A stretch of DNA of 63,850 nt from Octopus bimaculoides (Eukaryota), in assembly GCF_001194135.2 (NCBI RefSeq), contig NC_069002.1:1417213-1481062 (forward strand). The letters run 5' to 3'. The position numbers were made by a program, and so were the translations under genes. Below are positions 25,164 through 38,967 of the stretch, piece after piece. The notes below the pieces were generated by a model, which searched no databases, was not told the origin of the DNA, and saw only the letters and a program-made list of their open reading frames with translations. Position 1 is the first letter of the stretch, and every line of letters begins with the position of its first letter.

Positions 25164-26526
25164 TGCTATGTCTAGCAGACGAGTATCCACCACCGAGGAT
25201 GACTATGATAAGGTCTCGGTCATTGCAATATATACCGAGTGCAGAGCGCGTATTGACATTTGATGCATGAGAGAGTTTGATGCAGCTGCCCTCATCTGCG
25301 TGTGTGTATATATATATATATATATNNNNNNNNNNNNNNNNNNNNNNNNNNNNNNNNNNNNNNNNNNNNNNNNNNNNNNNNNNNNNNNNNNNNNNNNNNN
25401 NNNNNNNNNNNNNNNNNNNNNNNNNNNNNNNNNNNNNNNNNNNNNNNNNNNNNNNNNNNNNNNNNNNNNNNNNNNNNNNNNNNNNNNNNNNNNNNNNNNN
25501 NNNNNNNNNNNNNNNNNNNNNNNNNNNNNNNNNNNNNNNNATATATATATATATATATATAATATAGTGTTATATTCTCTATCTTAAATATTCGACGCAA
25601 ATTCGAAACTATTTGCTTCAAATCGGAACATATTATGTTCCTACTTTTTTCTGATTTCCTCATCATCACCGTTATCATAATCTTTAATCATCATCAGTCA
25701 TCATCTTCAATCATCATCAGTCATCATCTTCATCAACGTCATCAAACATCATCATCATCGTCAATTTCATTAATCCACCAACACCAGCCACCAGTATAGA
25801 TGCGAGTGTTTAAGCTGCCACATCTTTCAACATATTCCCCGACCGATACTCTACCACCACGATCATTACCACGATCATTACCACCGTTATTACCGCCATC
25901 ATTACAACCAGTCCGATCGCCACGAACCACCATTAACTACATATACGACAATGTCAGACTAGCAACACTACAACTAATATAACCACAACCACCACTGTCA
26001 TCACTAACACCACCACTACTACTACTATCACCAGAACTAAAGCCACCACCATCAAGAACCTCAAATCATCGCTGTCATTATCAACAGCAGTAACACGGTT
26101 AACAACAATTAGGATTGCGGAAATATTAGCAACAACGTTGATGATAATATATATTAATAACACAAATAACAATACTGATGATGATAATAATAATAATGAT
26201 AATAATAATAATAATAATGATAATAATAATAATAATAATGATAATAATAATAATAATAATAATAGAAGCAACGGTAATACTAGAAATTGAACAAGAAATA
26301 TTTATACAAATTGTAGTCGTAGTAGTAGTAGTCTAACAATAATGGGGTTGGTAGTATTGGTGGTGGTGGTCGTATGATGTTGTTGGTGGTGGTTGTAAGG
26401 AGGAAGAGGAGGAGGAAAACGGGGAAGAGGAGGAAAATACAAGGAATGATAATTGCAGCAACAAGAACATCAGAAATAACAAGAGTAATAATTTAAATAA
26501 TAACAATAACCTTATTATTATTATTA

Positions 26527-26561
<35 letters not shown>

Positions 26562-28472
26562 GGGATAATGACGAAAATAATAAGCAATCATAACTACAAG
26601 AATAATAATAGTAACAGGAAAAGTTGTAATATTATTATTTCTCATATTATCATTATTCTAACAAGATGGTGCTAATAATAACAACAGCAACAACAATAAT
26701 AATAGTAATAACAACACCAACAACAATAATAATAATAATAATAATAATAATCTTCGATAATAAGAGTGAAGGGGGAAAGCCAGTACAGTGACCCTATCAC
26801 AGATTGAATGCTGGAAAAACTATTGGAATCATGTGGGAAATCTACTGCGAACACAAGTTCATTATTTACCATTCCAAATTGTAGACGTTCCCAGAATAAA
26901 TGTAGATTGTCCAGCCATTTGCCAGTAAATTGGCACTGGTGGTGTTGTTATTGACGTGGTGGTGGTGGTGGTGATGGTGTAGGTGGTGATGGTGGTGGTG
27001 GTGGTACTGATGATGGTGGCGGTGGTGGTCATGAAGCTAACACTGGCGAGGATTGTGGTGGATATGGTGGGAGACGTGGTGGTGATGGCGCTGACCGTGA
27101 TGGTGGTAGTGATTGTCTTGAAGGTAGGGGTGGTGGTGATGGTGGCGGTGGTGGTGGTGATGGTGGTGGTGATGTGGTGGTGGTGATGGTGGTGGTGATG
27201 GTGATGGTGGTGNNNNNNNNNNNNNNNNNNNNNNNNNNNNNNNNNNNNNNNNNNNNNNNNNNNNNNNNNNNNNNNNNNNNNNNNNNNNNNNNNNNNNNNN
27301 NNNNNNNNNNNNNNNNNNNNNNNNNNNNNNNNNNNNNNNNNNNNNNNNNNNNNNNGTGGTGGTGATGGTGGCGGTGGTGATGGTGGTGGTACTATGACTG
27401 CTACGATTGACGTTGAAGGCTGTTGTGGTTTCCGTTCTTGTTTTCGCTGTTGCAGTATTTCTCCTGCAGGTGCTGTTGTTGTTGTTGTAGCTGAGGCTGC
27501 AGTTTTTATTACGATCGTTGTTGTTATTGTTATCGTCATCGTTGTTTTTGTTGTTGTTATTGCTCGTCTTGTTGCAGATGTTGCAGTCATAACCACCACT
27601 GCTCACCGTTTTTTTTCCTTTCCTAATAACGTTGCTCATGGTCATGGTGGTGATGGTGATGGTGGTGGTGGTGGTGGTGGCAGCAGGTGGTAGTAGTGAT
27701 CACGTACGTGTTAATGATGATAGGGATAGTTGTGATGATGATGATGATGATGATGACAACGGTGATGGAGATGACGATGGCGACGTGACAATGATGATGA
27801 TGATAGTGAAGATAGTTGTGGTGGTGGTGGTGCTGGTGGTGGTGCTGATGGTGGTGCTGGTGGCGATAGTTGTGGTGGTCGCGTCGGAAAGGAGCTGTAA
27901 GTTCGTATCGTGTTGAATTGCGGTTTTCGCGATGGAAGGTTAGGGTTGAGCTAAGGGAGGGGAGCGGGGACAGAGAAGAAGGCATTTGGTTACGTCGGTC
28001 GTCGTTATTGTTGTTGTTGTTGTTGTTGTTATAGACCGGTCTATATTATTACGACGACAGCAGTAGATGACCTCTCATTGATTCGGGGTCAACCAAAGAC
28101 AACATCTTCTCACCTCCGCCCCATAAGGGAAGACGTTCTCTCTCAACTCCCACCCGTTCTCTCGCTTTCTTACAAACCACTCCACTCGCCCAAATTCGCC
28201 ATTTACATCAGCAACACGAATACAATATCATCATCATCATCATCATCAACAACAACAACAAAGACGACATCAATAACAACAACAACAACAGGAACAATTA
28301 CGATTGCTATAGTGTTCACTAGCGACGCCCCGACCTCTCCAGCGTCGACCGATATCGACCTCCAGGGCTCATCCCACGAACGTCTCATTTATACGTATGT
28401 AGTTGTCTCTTCTGTTACAGCTATTCTCTAATCAACGTATGTAGGCTTGTGGTAATTTAGATAAAATTTACA

Positions 28473-28519
<47 letters not shown>

Positions 28520-28823
28520 TCTTTTCTTGGTTTGCAGTTTACAGAGAAAACTGTTTTGATTCCAACTGAATCTGTTCACAATTAATCTTCTTATTGAATT
28601 ATTACACGTTTAAACCTTCTTCTTCACAAACAGAAACACACGTATATTTACGCCCATACATATTTTTCTAAGCAAAATGTGAACAAAGACTTCGAAGCTT
28701 CGGCTTACTAGTCGTCATAAGACTGTAGTTTACTTCGATCGTTCAGCTCTTATATAAAATTTTGTGGGGAGGACATTCTTTTGGGAAGTGGAGTGATGTA
28801 GATGATAAATAGTCATCGCGTAC

Positions 28824-28895
28824 CAAGGTTTCTGAACCTTTTTGCTCTTGTATAACCCTTAAAATAAATTACATGTTTCAAGGAACCCCTGCAGT
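28824..28895 (+). mobile_element. possible hAT-type MITE fragment
   Basis: caaggtttctgaacctttt resembles hAT termini (CAGGGGTTC.CAACCTTTT) and gaacccctg is its inverted counterpart; no 8-bp TSD seen. Confidence 0.3.
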
Positions 28896-28958
28896 AAAAA
28901 AAATTATATACCATATCTTTCTCATATCTTTTTCATTGTAGTTCATGTGGTAGATATC

Positions 28959-29006
<48 letters not shown>

Positions 29007-29129
29007 TTGTTATATTTTTTTGATGACATAATGGGTTAGTAAGTATGTGATCCTAAAAGTAGAAGGTTTTATGTCATGCAGTAATTGCTTAACTCTACCA
29101 TGAAACTATAAGTAACGTTGTAGTAGTTT

Positions 29130-29160
<31 letters not shown>

Positions 29161-29185
29161 ATACATTGTATACATATATATATAC

Positions 29186-29255
<70 letters not shown>

Positions 29256-29592
29256 GTGTATGCATTTATGTATTTATACATATATTCATGTATATATACA
29301 CATATATGTATTTATGCATATGCGTGTTTATATATTTTTGTTCGTTTAATTTTACGCACCCACGTTCACACATATATGTATATGTTTGTGTATATGTATG
29401 TATATAAAAACGTGTATATGTATTTGTATAAATACATATGCATACACACAAACACACACGCATATATATTTGTATGTAAATATATACATATATGCATACA
29501 TGTATAGATATATACACATGCACGCATGCATTCTACAGATATGCACGAATTCTAGGTTTCCGACCATTTAAACCACAGTGCGTGTATGTAGG

Positions 29593-29647
<55 letters not shown>

Positions 29648-31568
29648 NNNNNNNNNNNNNNNNNNNNNNNNNNNNNNNNNNNNNNNNNNNNNNNNNNNNN
29701 NNNNNNNNNNNNNNNNNNNNNNNNNNNNNNNNNNNNNNNNNNNNNNNNNNNNNNNNNNNNNNNNNNNNNNNNNNNNNNNNNNNNNNNNNNNNNNNNNNNN
29801 NNNNNNNNNNNNNNNNNNNNNNNNNNNNNNNNNNNNNNNNNNNNNNNNNNNNNNNNNNNNNNNNNNNNNNNNNNNNNNNNNNNNNNNNNNNNNNNNNNNN
29901 NNNNNNNNNNNNNNNNNNNNNNNNNNNNNNNNNNNNNNNNNNNNNNNNNNNNNNNNNNNNNNNNNNNNNNNNNNNNNNNNNNNNNNNNNNNNNNNNNNNN
30001 NNNNNNNNNNNNNNNNNNNNNNNNNNNNNNNNNNNNNNNNNNNNNNNNNNNNNNNNNNNNNNNNNNNNNNNNNNNNNNNNNNNNNNNNNNNNNNNNNNNN
30101 NNNNNNNNNNNNNNNNNNNNNNNNNNNNNGGTGTTGGTGGTTTGCTGGTGGTTGTGGTGGCTATGATGCTGCTTCCGAACATGATCGTGAGTACTGGATG
30201 TGGGGGTGGGTGAGAGTCGGTGCGGTGTATATACCAGTGTTACTGTTTCAGTAGTGCGTTGGTGGTGGTGGAGGTGGTAGCAGTGGTGGCGATGGAGGTG
30301 GTGGTGGTGGTGGTGGTGGTATGGTTGCAGTTAACTCAGTGCAGTTACATTACTAGCAGATCCGCATTACCAATGCTACTAACACATTTACCACAACCAA
30401 TACCACTACTACCAATACTACTACCACCACAACAGAAACGCCACTAGAAGCACCGTCAGAGACACTACTACCACCGCAACTACAAACATCTTAAATCATC
30501 TCTGCTTTTAATAGCAACACTACCACACCCATCCCCACTGCTACCACAGCCACCACTACTAGCTCTACTAGTACTACTATGTACTGTAACCGACACGATT
30601 ACCACACCGAAACACTCACCTGCACTTGCATCTGTACTCCTGTCATCAATACCATCTCCACCATTGACATCACCACTACCAACACCACCACCACAGTCAG
30701 CACCACCACTACCATCATGGTGGTTAGTACTACCGTCAACACCATTATTACATCCATAATTACCACCAGTACCCACCCACCCCATCGCTACCATCACTGG
30801 AAATATCACTCTCCCCACCCCCTCAATGCCCAAAGCGAAAGCTTCTCGATCAGAATTCACAGCTAAAAGTACCCAGAGGATCTTCAACAAAAATCACCCC
30901 ACCACCCCCAGCAGCAGCACCACCACCACCAACACAACTCTCCTCCACCGATTTCACTACCAGCACCAGCACCATCACCACCGACAAAAACCATTACATC
31001 ACCCCCTCCAAAATGGTGGTGGTGGGTGGTAGTGGTGTGAGGAGGGGGTGACACAGACGGAACATGAAAATTTTAGCAACTTTTTCGCAATTGTGTCAGA
31101 AGCAAAGGTGTGTAATAGGATTGTCTTCAGAGAGAAGTGATACGTTAACATATATTGGGGGTGGGTGGGGAGGAATACGATGTGAAGGCGGGGATGGGGA
31201 GGTGCTTCAATCTAACTACAACAACAAGTACAAGACAGCAATAATTAAAACTGCATTAAAAATTAAGCATAAGAAATAAGCCAGCCACTTTACTCCACCA
31301 GTTTTTTTTGTTTTTGACCAAAACAGAAAGAAACGACTTCAGCTGAAACTTGAAGTCTCATTCAACGCGTGATTTTCTCACGAATTTTACTCTTTCTCCC
31401 GAATAGAGTCTTCTGCAACCTCCGGTCAGCAAAGTTCAGTTATCTTTTAAAATTGGCTTTAAAATAACTTTAGCATTCACAATCTCCCCACACATGCATA
31501 TGTAAGTACGTGTATACACATACAAACGCACCCATTTATAGACATATGTAATAATATATATATGTAAT

Positions 31569-31605
31569 AATCTTTCCTACTCTAGGCACAAGGCCCGAAA
31601 TTTTT
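31569..31605 (-). mobile_element. SINE family B 3' tail fragment
   Basis: reverse complement aaatttcgggccttgtgcctagagtaggaaagattatt matches the tail of 42646-42844. Confidence 0.8.
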
Positions 31606-32159
31606 AGATAGAGACGCACACAGCAGGCGCGCACACATGCACTCATATTTGAGCGTGTGTAAGTGCACATGTGAGTATGGATGTGTATGAGCATGTTTGC
31701 CTAATTGTACGCCTAGTTCTTTGGCAGTGATGTTGATCGCGTACGAAGAGATGACGCAGATTGGAAGGGGTAGGGAGAGGGATGGAGGGGAGCAGACCAT
31801 CGAATAAAACGAGCCGTCAATGTCAGAATGCCTCCATGGCGTTACTGTCCACAGTTGGAGTCCGTGTTCCACCTAACCCAACACCACTACCCTGCCTCAA
31901 ACCCCTTTCTCAAAACCACCGCAGACCACCTCAATTTCCCTTCTTTTACATATAACACTCAGCCCCCACCTACCGAAAATAAAAGAACCCTTAGAAACGA
32001 AGAAAATCTCCGGCTTATGCATTTAGCAGACGTTGATTGAAGAATAAAAACTTGGTCAATAATCTAATACCACAACAGTACATGTGTTGCACTCACAATA
32101 TCTACAAACAACGACAATGAAACAAAATGGCGAATCTACTGTCATTTTACGCGCAACAT

Positions 32160-33070
32160 TTTCTCTACGCTGCTTTTTATTTTTCTGTTTCTGTTTTTAA
32201 TTCGTCTCATTCTTTTTCTTTTTTTTTTCCTTTTCTACTTTCAATTTGTTCCTTACAGTCACTTCCCTTTTTTTTCTATTGTTCATTTCATTGATTCTTT
32301 CTTTCTGCCTCCTTTTGTCTCCTCTGTCTCTCATCCCTCTCCACCCACTCTCTCAGTTTATGTTTGTCTCTCTCTCATCTTTTCCCCATCGTTTGTTTCA
32401 TTCCCTTTTCTTTTAACTCCCTTTTCTTTCTACCTTTTTTTTTCTTTTTGTGTCTGTTCTTTCGTTCTTTCCCTTCGCTTATTTTATTTTTATTTTCTCT
32501 TTTTCCCTTCGTCTCTCTCTCTCTCATATTTTTACCTTCACTTGTATTTCTTCTTTCAAGTTTTCCTTCTTTCTCTCTCACTCATTCATTCTTTTTTCTC
32601 ATAATTTCTTCGCATTTGCTTCTCTTTCTTTCAGTTCTTTTTATTCACCACCCTTTCTTTCCTCCCCGCTCTCTCTCTCTCCCTCCCTTTCTCTCTCGTT
32701 TTCTTTTCTTTCTTCTCTAAAAATTCGGTTTCTCTTCCTTATTATACTTTCTTTCCCGCTTTCATTCATTCTTCCTTCCTTTGTTTGTTTCTTTCGTTTT
32801 CCTTTCTTTCTGTTTGTCGTTCGTAACTATTTGTGGTCTTTTTTCCTATTTTTTCCTCTCTTCTTTCATTCTCTCCTTTCATTCTTTCATTCTCTCCTTT
32901 CATTCTATTTTCCTCTCATCCTTTTTTCAGTTTCCTTTTCTCTTTCTTTCATCCCTCTCACTATCCCTCTTGCCCTCATTTTATTCTCCCCATCTTTCTC
33001 TCCTTACTTTTACATTGATTTATTATTTCATTTCCTTCGTTTCGTTCATTTTATTGCATTACTGCGTTCC
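32160..33070 (+). repeat. ~900-bp polypyrimidine (T/C-rich) tract
   Basis: directly visible; strongly depleted of purines on the + strand. Confidence 0.9.
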
Positions 33071-34904
33071 TTCATTCATCCATTCTTCCGATGTACCTTG
33101 CCATAATTAAAAGGTCGATGTTAGGGCTCACGGATAGGCCCTTACCCCTTTTTCTTCTATTTCCTTTCTCAAAGCTATTCAATAAATTCCACTTGATGCA
33201 AACCGACCACTGACCTTTTGTTCTTGTTGATGCATGCGTGTGTACACGTGTGTGTGTGTGTGTGTGTACATGTGTATTCATGCGCAGGAATATTATAGAA
33301 AAAGTGATTCATATATGTTTACATGAAGCAGAACAGATCTGCGTGTCTGTATTACGTGTACACACACACACACACATCAAAATATGAGTATATGTATATT
33401 TATATTTTCTTTATTAATATTTAGCAGAAGCATGAGTGATTCAAAGGCCGAGAGTTTCGTGCGTGGTGGTTATTTTGATAAATGCCAACGCACAAAACTT
33501 TAGGATCTTGAGTCAATGTTGTTTCTTCTAAATATTAATACACACGTGTGTATTATATATATTTCTACGATAACTACTAGTACACCTGCTACGTCTTCGA
33601 CAACTACTACAACAACAATAACTGTGACTAGTGTTGTTACTACAAATATTAGAACTGCTGCTACTATGACTACTACTACTACAAAAATAAAAGCCGTATT
33701 TATTTGCTGACAACTTGAAGTGACCAAATATGAATAAATGAGGGGGGGGGGGGAAGCTGCATCAAATATAAATTGTGAAAATCCGAAAATGTAACAAAAA
33801 GAGGAAGAGATGCAAAGAGAACGTCGACAGCAGAATAAACCAATAAGAAATGGCCAACTTTAAACGTAACAACAACAACGAAAGCATACAAATCAAATAT
33901 AAAATAAAACAATAACAACAGCAACAACAACAACAGTGGAAACAGCAGATGCAATAACAACGACTTTTGGACACAAGCGAGGTTTTGATCATTTATATGA
34001 CAGGTTCTATACACAGTCGAGGCACAGGCCCCACGCAGGGAGAAGCAGTTAAATGGAAATTACTACTACTACTAATAATAATAATAATAATAAATAATGA
34101 TGACGATGATGTTAGCAACTATCATAACACTAACGACAACAACAATTATAATAACGATAATAACAATAATAATAATATTAATTATAATAATAATAAAATA
34201 ATAATAATAATAATAAATAGCGTTTCCTTTATTTGCCACAAGGACGACCAATGGAGAGAAGATTACATGGGAAAATTAGGAAAACGATGGGAGGTTTTTA
34301 GAAGAAATAATAATTACACGGTCACAGCAGTCCACAGATTAATGTCCTGCTTGCTTTTGACGTTAATCTACCAGTTTTTGAGCAGATTCCAACGTCGAAT
34401 ACAATTGGATGCGCGCAACACGCCACGGGGGCAACAGCGTGTAGGAACATGGTGTCAGTCAGCTCCGCATGATGTTGATTAAGCTACATTTACGGTTCCT
34501 ATTGTTGCACACACTTCGGCTTCCCTACGTAAGAATACCTGTCAAGATTTTTAATATCATATTTTGTACTTCTTTTCTCTCTTTGACCTTCGTAGCGGGT
34601 TCCTCGCTTTCCATTTTGATTTCGTTGACGCAACGCTTGTCCTTTGTTCGGTCGTTCTTTTTCGTCCTAGTTTCTCGCCTTTGCACTTTGTTATTTATTT
34701 TTCGTCTTCCGTTTTCTTATTTAATAATAAATGCCATGTTGCAAATAAATAAAATAATTGATAAATAAATAAATTTTAATGGCCTACCAATGTATACAGT
34801 GAGTTTCTCTGCCCTAGGTGTCAGGAAGACATTCGGCAAGAAATGGAAACAGAATTGAAGGAAGGTATTGATGAAAATAATAACAATAATAACGATCATG
34901 TATT

Positions 34905-35250
34905 TGCCACAAGGACACTGAACGAGAGCGTGAAGAACGGTTTCGTCACTCTGCGCTCACCTTGGACAAGCCCGTCTGACCACACATCCATGCCTGTAGA
35001 GTTTATCTCAAACTGGTTGTGCCCCTCCGGTAGCACTGACAGGCCAAGGACATCTGGAAATTATCCATGATAGTGCCCGACCGGAAAGTCTTCCGGAACA
35101 GACTAGCCAGTTCGTTCTTATCGGCGCCCAGAGTCTCTCCGAGAACGTCGTCGCACTTCACCGCCACTAATCCTCTATAAATTTCTAAAGCGGAACATCC
35201 ACAGTTCCCATTGTCCGACTGGTAGAGGGTTGTGAGCATTCTAGGTGCCA
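34905..35250 (-). mobile_element. Tx1/L1-clade LINE remnant (zf-RVT zinc-finger region), disrupted
   Basis: IYRGLV...MDNFQMSLACQCYR-(frameshift)-GAQPV*DKLYRHGCVVRRACPR*AQSDETVLHALVQCP matches the CxxC-E(T)xxH-x4-CP zf-RVT motif, with one Cys mutated to TGA. Confidence 0.85.
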
Positions 35251-36064
35251 ATAATAATATTACTGCTGTGACTACAATCACTACAACGGTACCTACAAAT
35301 ATTTGCAAGAACTGCTGCCAATACACGCTACAAGCAACACTAGAACTAACAAGAGTACGAAAGTCGCTTACTATGTAAGTACCACACTACGACCATCACG
35401 ACTGCCATAATCAGAACCACTAACGTGTGTGCGTGCATATGCACGTGTGTGTGTGTAGGTATGAGTGGGTGTGGTCGTAGCATCAATGGTATATATACTT
35501 CAGGCAATACCACAGCGTACTCAGCAGCAATACTACCGCCAATACCACAATCAACGCTAGTAATGCTACGATCAACACAACCGCAATCACTGCCAACGAC
35601 ACGACCACCAATACGACAACCATAACAACCAACTGGACCCTAATGTTCCAATGCAACCCCTGCTACCATCACCACCACCACCACAACTACCACTACGATG
35701 GCAACCACTACCACTTCTATCACCACTATCCGAGAAACAACAATAACTAGATTGCCATCAACAACATCACCACCATCAACAACACCAACGTCTCGTTAAC
35801 TTTCAGAGTTCCTTGAGAACATTTTACGATGGACCCTGTGTTGTTGTTGTTGTTGTCTTCATCGTCGTCGTCGTCGCCGTCGCTGCATGTTCCACTTTTA
35901 ATAAATTACAACTACAACTGTAACCATTTAAATAACAACGACAGCAGCAACAAACGCTGCTGCTTATGATGATGATGATGGTGGTGGTAGAGGAGGATGA
36001 GGTGGTGGTGGTGGTGATGGTGGCGTATAACAAATGCCAAGCGATAATGCATGTGTACGCATAA

Positions 36065-36156
<92 letters not shown>

Positions 36157-36230
36157 CTTTATTTAAAAGCAGCAGAAATATAACAAAAGACTGTTACTCT
36201 GAGTTTCACGTTCCCGTTCGTGCTTACTCC

Positions 36231-36272
<42 letters not shown>

Positions 36273-36798
36273 CATAGAAACATACACCTGCACTTGTACA
36301 TTATATCTGTCTATATATCTATCTATCTATCTAGATAGATAGATAGATATGTGTATATATTTATATAATGTATATATACATACAAAGTATATAATATGTA
36401 TATGTATACATGTGAGTGTGTGTGCATGTGTGCGTACGTGTGCGTGTGTTTATATATTTCTATATAACATGTATACGCACTTACATACATATACGTTTAC
36501 ATACACATATACAAGTATGTACACGAAGTGTGTATATATATGCATGTATGATTGTGTATTTATATATATATATGCATACAAATAAATGCAAATATGTACA
36601 TGTACATATATGTGCATATATGTATACATATTTGCATATTTTTGTATGTGCATATATATGTATATATATTTGCATATATTTATATATGCATATTTGTTCA
36701 TATATATATATATATATATATATACATACATATATTCATATGCATATATATATGCATATATATGTATATATACATGTGCACATACATATATACATGTG

Positions 36799-36833
<35 letters not shown>

Positions 36834-38164
36834 TTGCATTATATATGTATACATACATGTGCAAATGCATATACATATACATTTGCACGCGCGCATACAT
36901 AAATAAATAATCTGTACTTGGCACCTGTCATCTGCAATGCGGACAGGTATTTTCCGCTGACGATATCGAACAATTTGAAAAAGAAGAAGAAGAAGGAAAC
37001 GAAGAACAACAACAACAAGATGAAGAGGAAAAAGAAGAAGCAGGCGAAGAAATACAAGAATAAGACGAGGAATAATAAGAAGGAGGAACTGGCTATAGAT
37101 AGATAGGATAGAATGAGAATATCTTCGCGAAATGCAATTCAGAAAACACCCAGGGAATATATATTGGTGCGAAGACAGAGGCAAGAAATTCTAACTTACT
37201 TCACGATTTCTCTAAGGCTTTCTGTGTTGAATTTTGATGGCTTTTTGATAGAGTTAAGGAAGACTTAGCAGTAATTTCAATACTATTAGAATGAATTTCT
37301 TTCTCTCTTTATCAATTTCTTTCTTTGTTTTCTTTCTTTTTTTTTTTACAACCGCCGCTATCATCATCATCATCATCATCAATATCATCATCATCGTCAT
37401 CATCATCGTCATCGACGTCATCATCATCATTATTATTATTCAATGTTACTATTAATATTTTTATTGTTATTGCTATTACGCATTTCTTACTCCCTCTATC
37501 GGGGAGCAGAACTGCGGTAACGGATGCATGGCGGGGCGGATACAGGGATGTGACTGTGAATATTCTGGTTGTCACTGTTGTTGAATTTTTGTTTACTGTT
37601 TTTTAATAGTTCTTCCTATTTCTCTATGTCGTAAACTTTTTTTTTTTAAATGACTGGGTTGAAGTGGAGTTTGGTGTAGGGATATATATATTTTTTCTAT
37701 TATTTTTGTTATTGACGTTTGTGTCATAGTGTTTGTTGTATATTGTTCTTCTTATTATTATCATTGTTGTTATTTTGTCTTTAAATTTAGTCACCAACTT
37801 TAATTTCCTTTATTTTTCGTTGTATGGTTTTGATCATTTCTAAAACCTCCCCACCTTCGTTTTAATAATGCCTTTTTTATGCTGTCATTATTTGATTTTA
37901 TTTCTTACTGGCAGAGAATATATTTCCATAAATACTTATATGAATGTATATATATATATATATATATATGATATCCATATGTATGTACGTATGTTTTCAT
38001 ATATGCATGTAAGTATTTATATATATGTGTGTCTATGTATGTATGTATGTAAATTGGAAATGTCAAAATATTCAGTGCCAAAGTATATAATTCTTTGGAT
38101 CTTTCCATAGCATGAAGATTTTTCCACAGAACTCCGACGAAAAATATAGGAATTTACATGCATA

Positions 38165-38185
38165 CAGACAGACAGACAGACAGAC

Positions 38186-38277
<92 letters not shown>

Positions 38278-38324
38278 TCATACTCTGATACATACATACA
38301 TACATACATACATACATACATACA
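38165..38324. repeat. compound (CAGA)n(TAGA)n and (TACA)n tetranucleotide arrays
   Basis: directly visible. Confidence 0.95.
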
Positions 38325-38334
38325 AATGTAGGCT

Positions 38335-38967
38335 GTGCAAAACATCAACTACATTATTGCAAACTGTGAGAGAATGTTTACCAGAATGTTATCTTCGTAT
38401 GAGGCATGATGCAATGACCGAACGATCTGGAATGGAAGAATAAAAGAGATGGTACCTACAGACGAAGTTGACTATACTGAGAGACCAATGAGTCAAAAGA
38501 TTACTGCTAGAACTTAGAATTTAAAGAAAAAGAAGATAAACACAATTGGCCAGATATTGTTTTGTGGAACCACATGGAAAAGATATGTTCTGTTATGAAA
38601 ATCAGCTGCTCTCTGACCACCATAATGGTTAGAGTAATACAAGAGGAAGAGGACATCTATGGATCATTGATCAGGAATTTGCAAATCCAGAACCCAAGAT
38701 ACACTTTCAATTTCATACCTATTACTGTCGGAGCAACAAGATGCATACCAACCCGTCTGGAGCAGAGTGTGGCTGAAGTTGGAATGTTGTGGAGAGAATG
38801 CAAATCCTTAATTCATATTCTACAAATGATTGCGATATCTGGGACTATAAAAAGTCTGCAAGACCTTAAGTTTTAAACGATGATGGATAAAACAAGATCC
38901 TTTCATTCAGAACCTTGCTACCAAATAGATGGCCAATCAAAAATTACTCTGAATTAAAAAGAAAAAA
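38335..38967 (+). mobile_element. 5'-truncated RLE-type non-LTR retrotransposon remnant (R4/Dong-like), zinc knuckle + restriction-like endonuclease + 3' UTR
   Basis: QNINYIIANC (CCHC knuckle remnant), YLRMRHDA (RHD motif), KHNWPDIVLWN (PD at 38550-38555), MKISCS (ExxC-like), FIPITVGATRCIP (IPIVVGALG-like); stop at 38876, A-rich end at 38956-38967. Confidence 0.85.

Noticed and set aside
26862-27599. Mucin-like Thr/His-rich minus-strand ORF ending PPVPIYWQMAGQSTFILGTSTIWNG with a G|gtaaat donor
   Set aside because: Built from (ACC/CAT)n repeats and spans a gap. Such blocks give open frames throughout the window. Only the short unique tail is suggestive, which is insufficient without RNA data.
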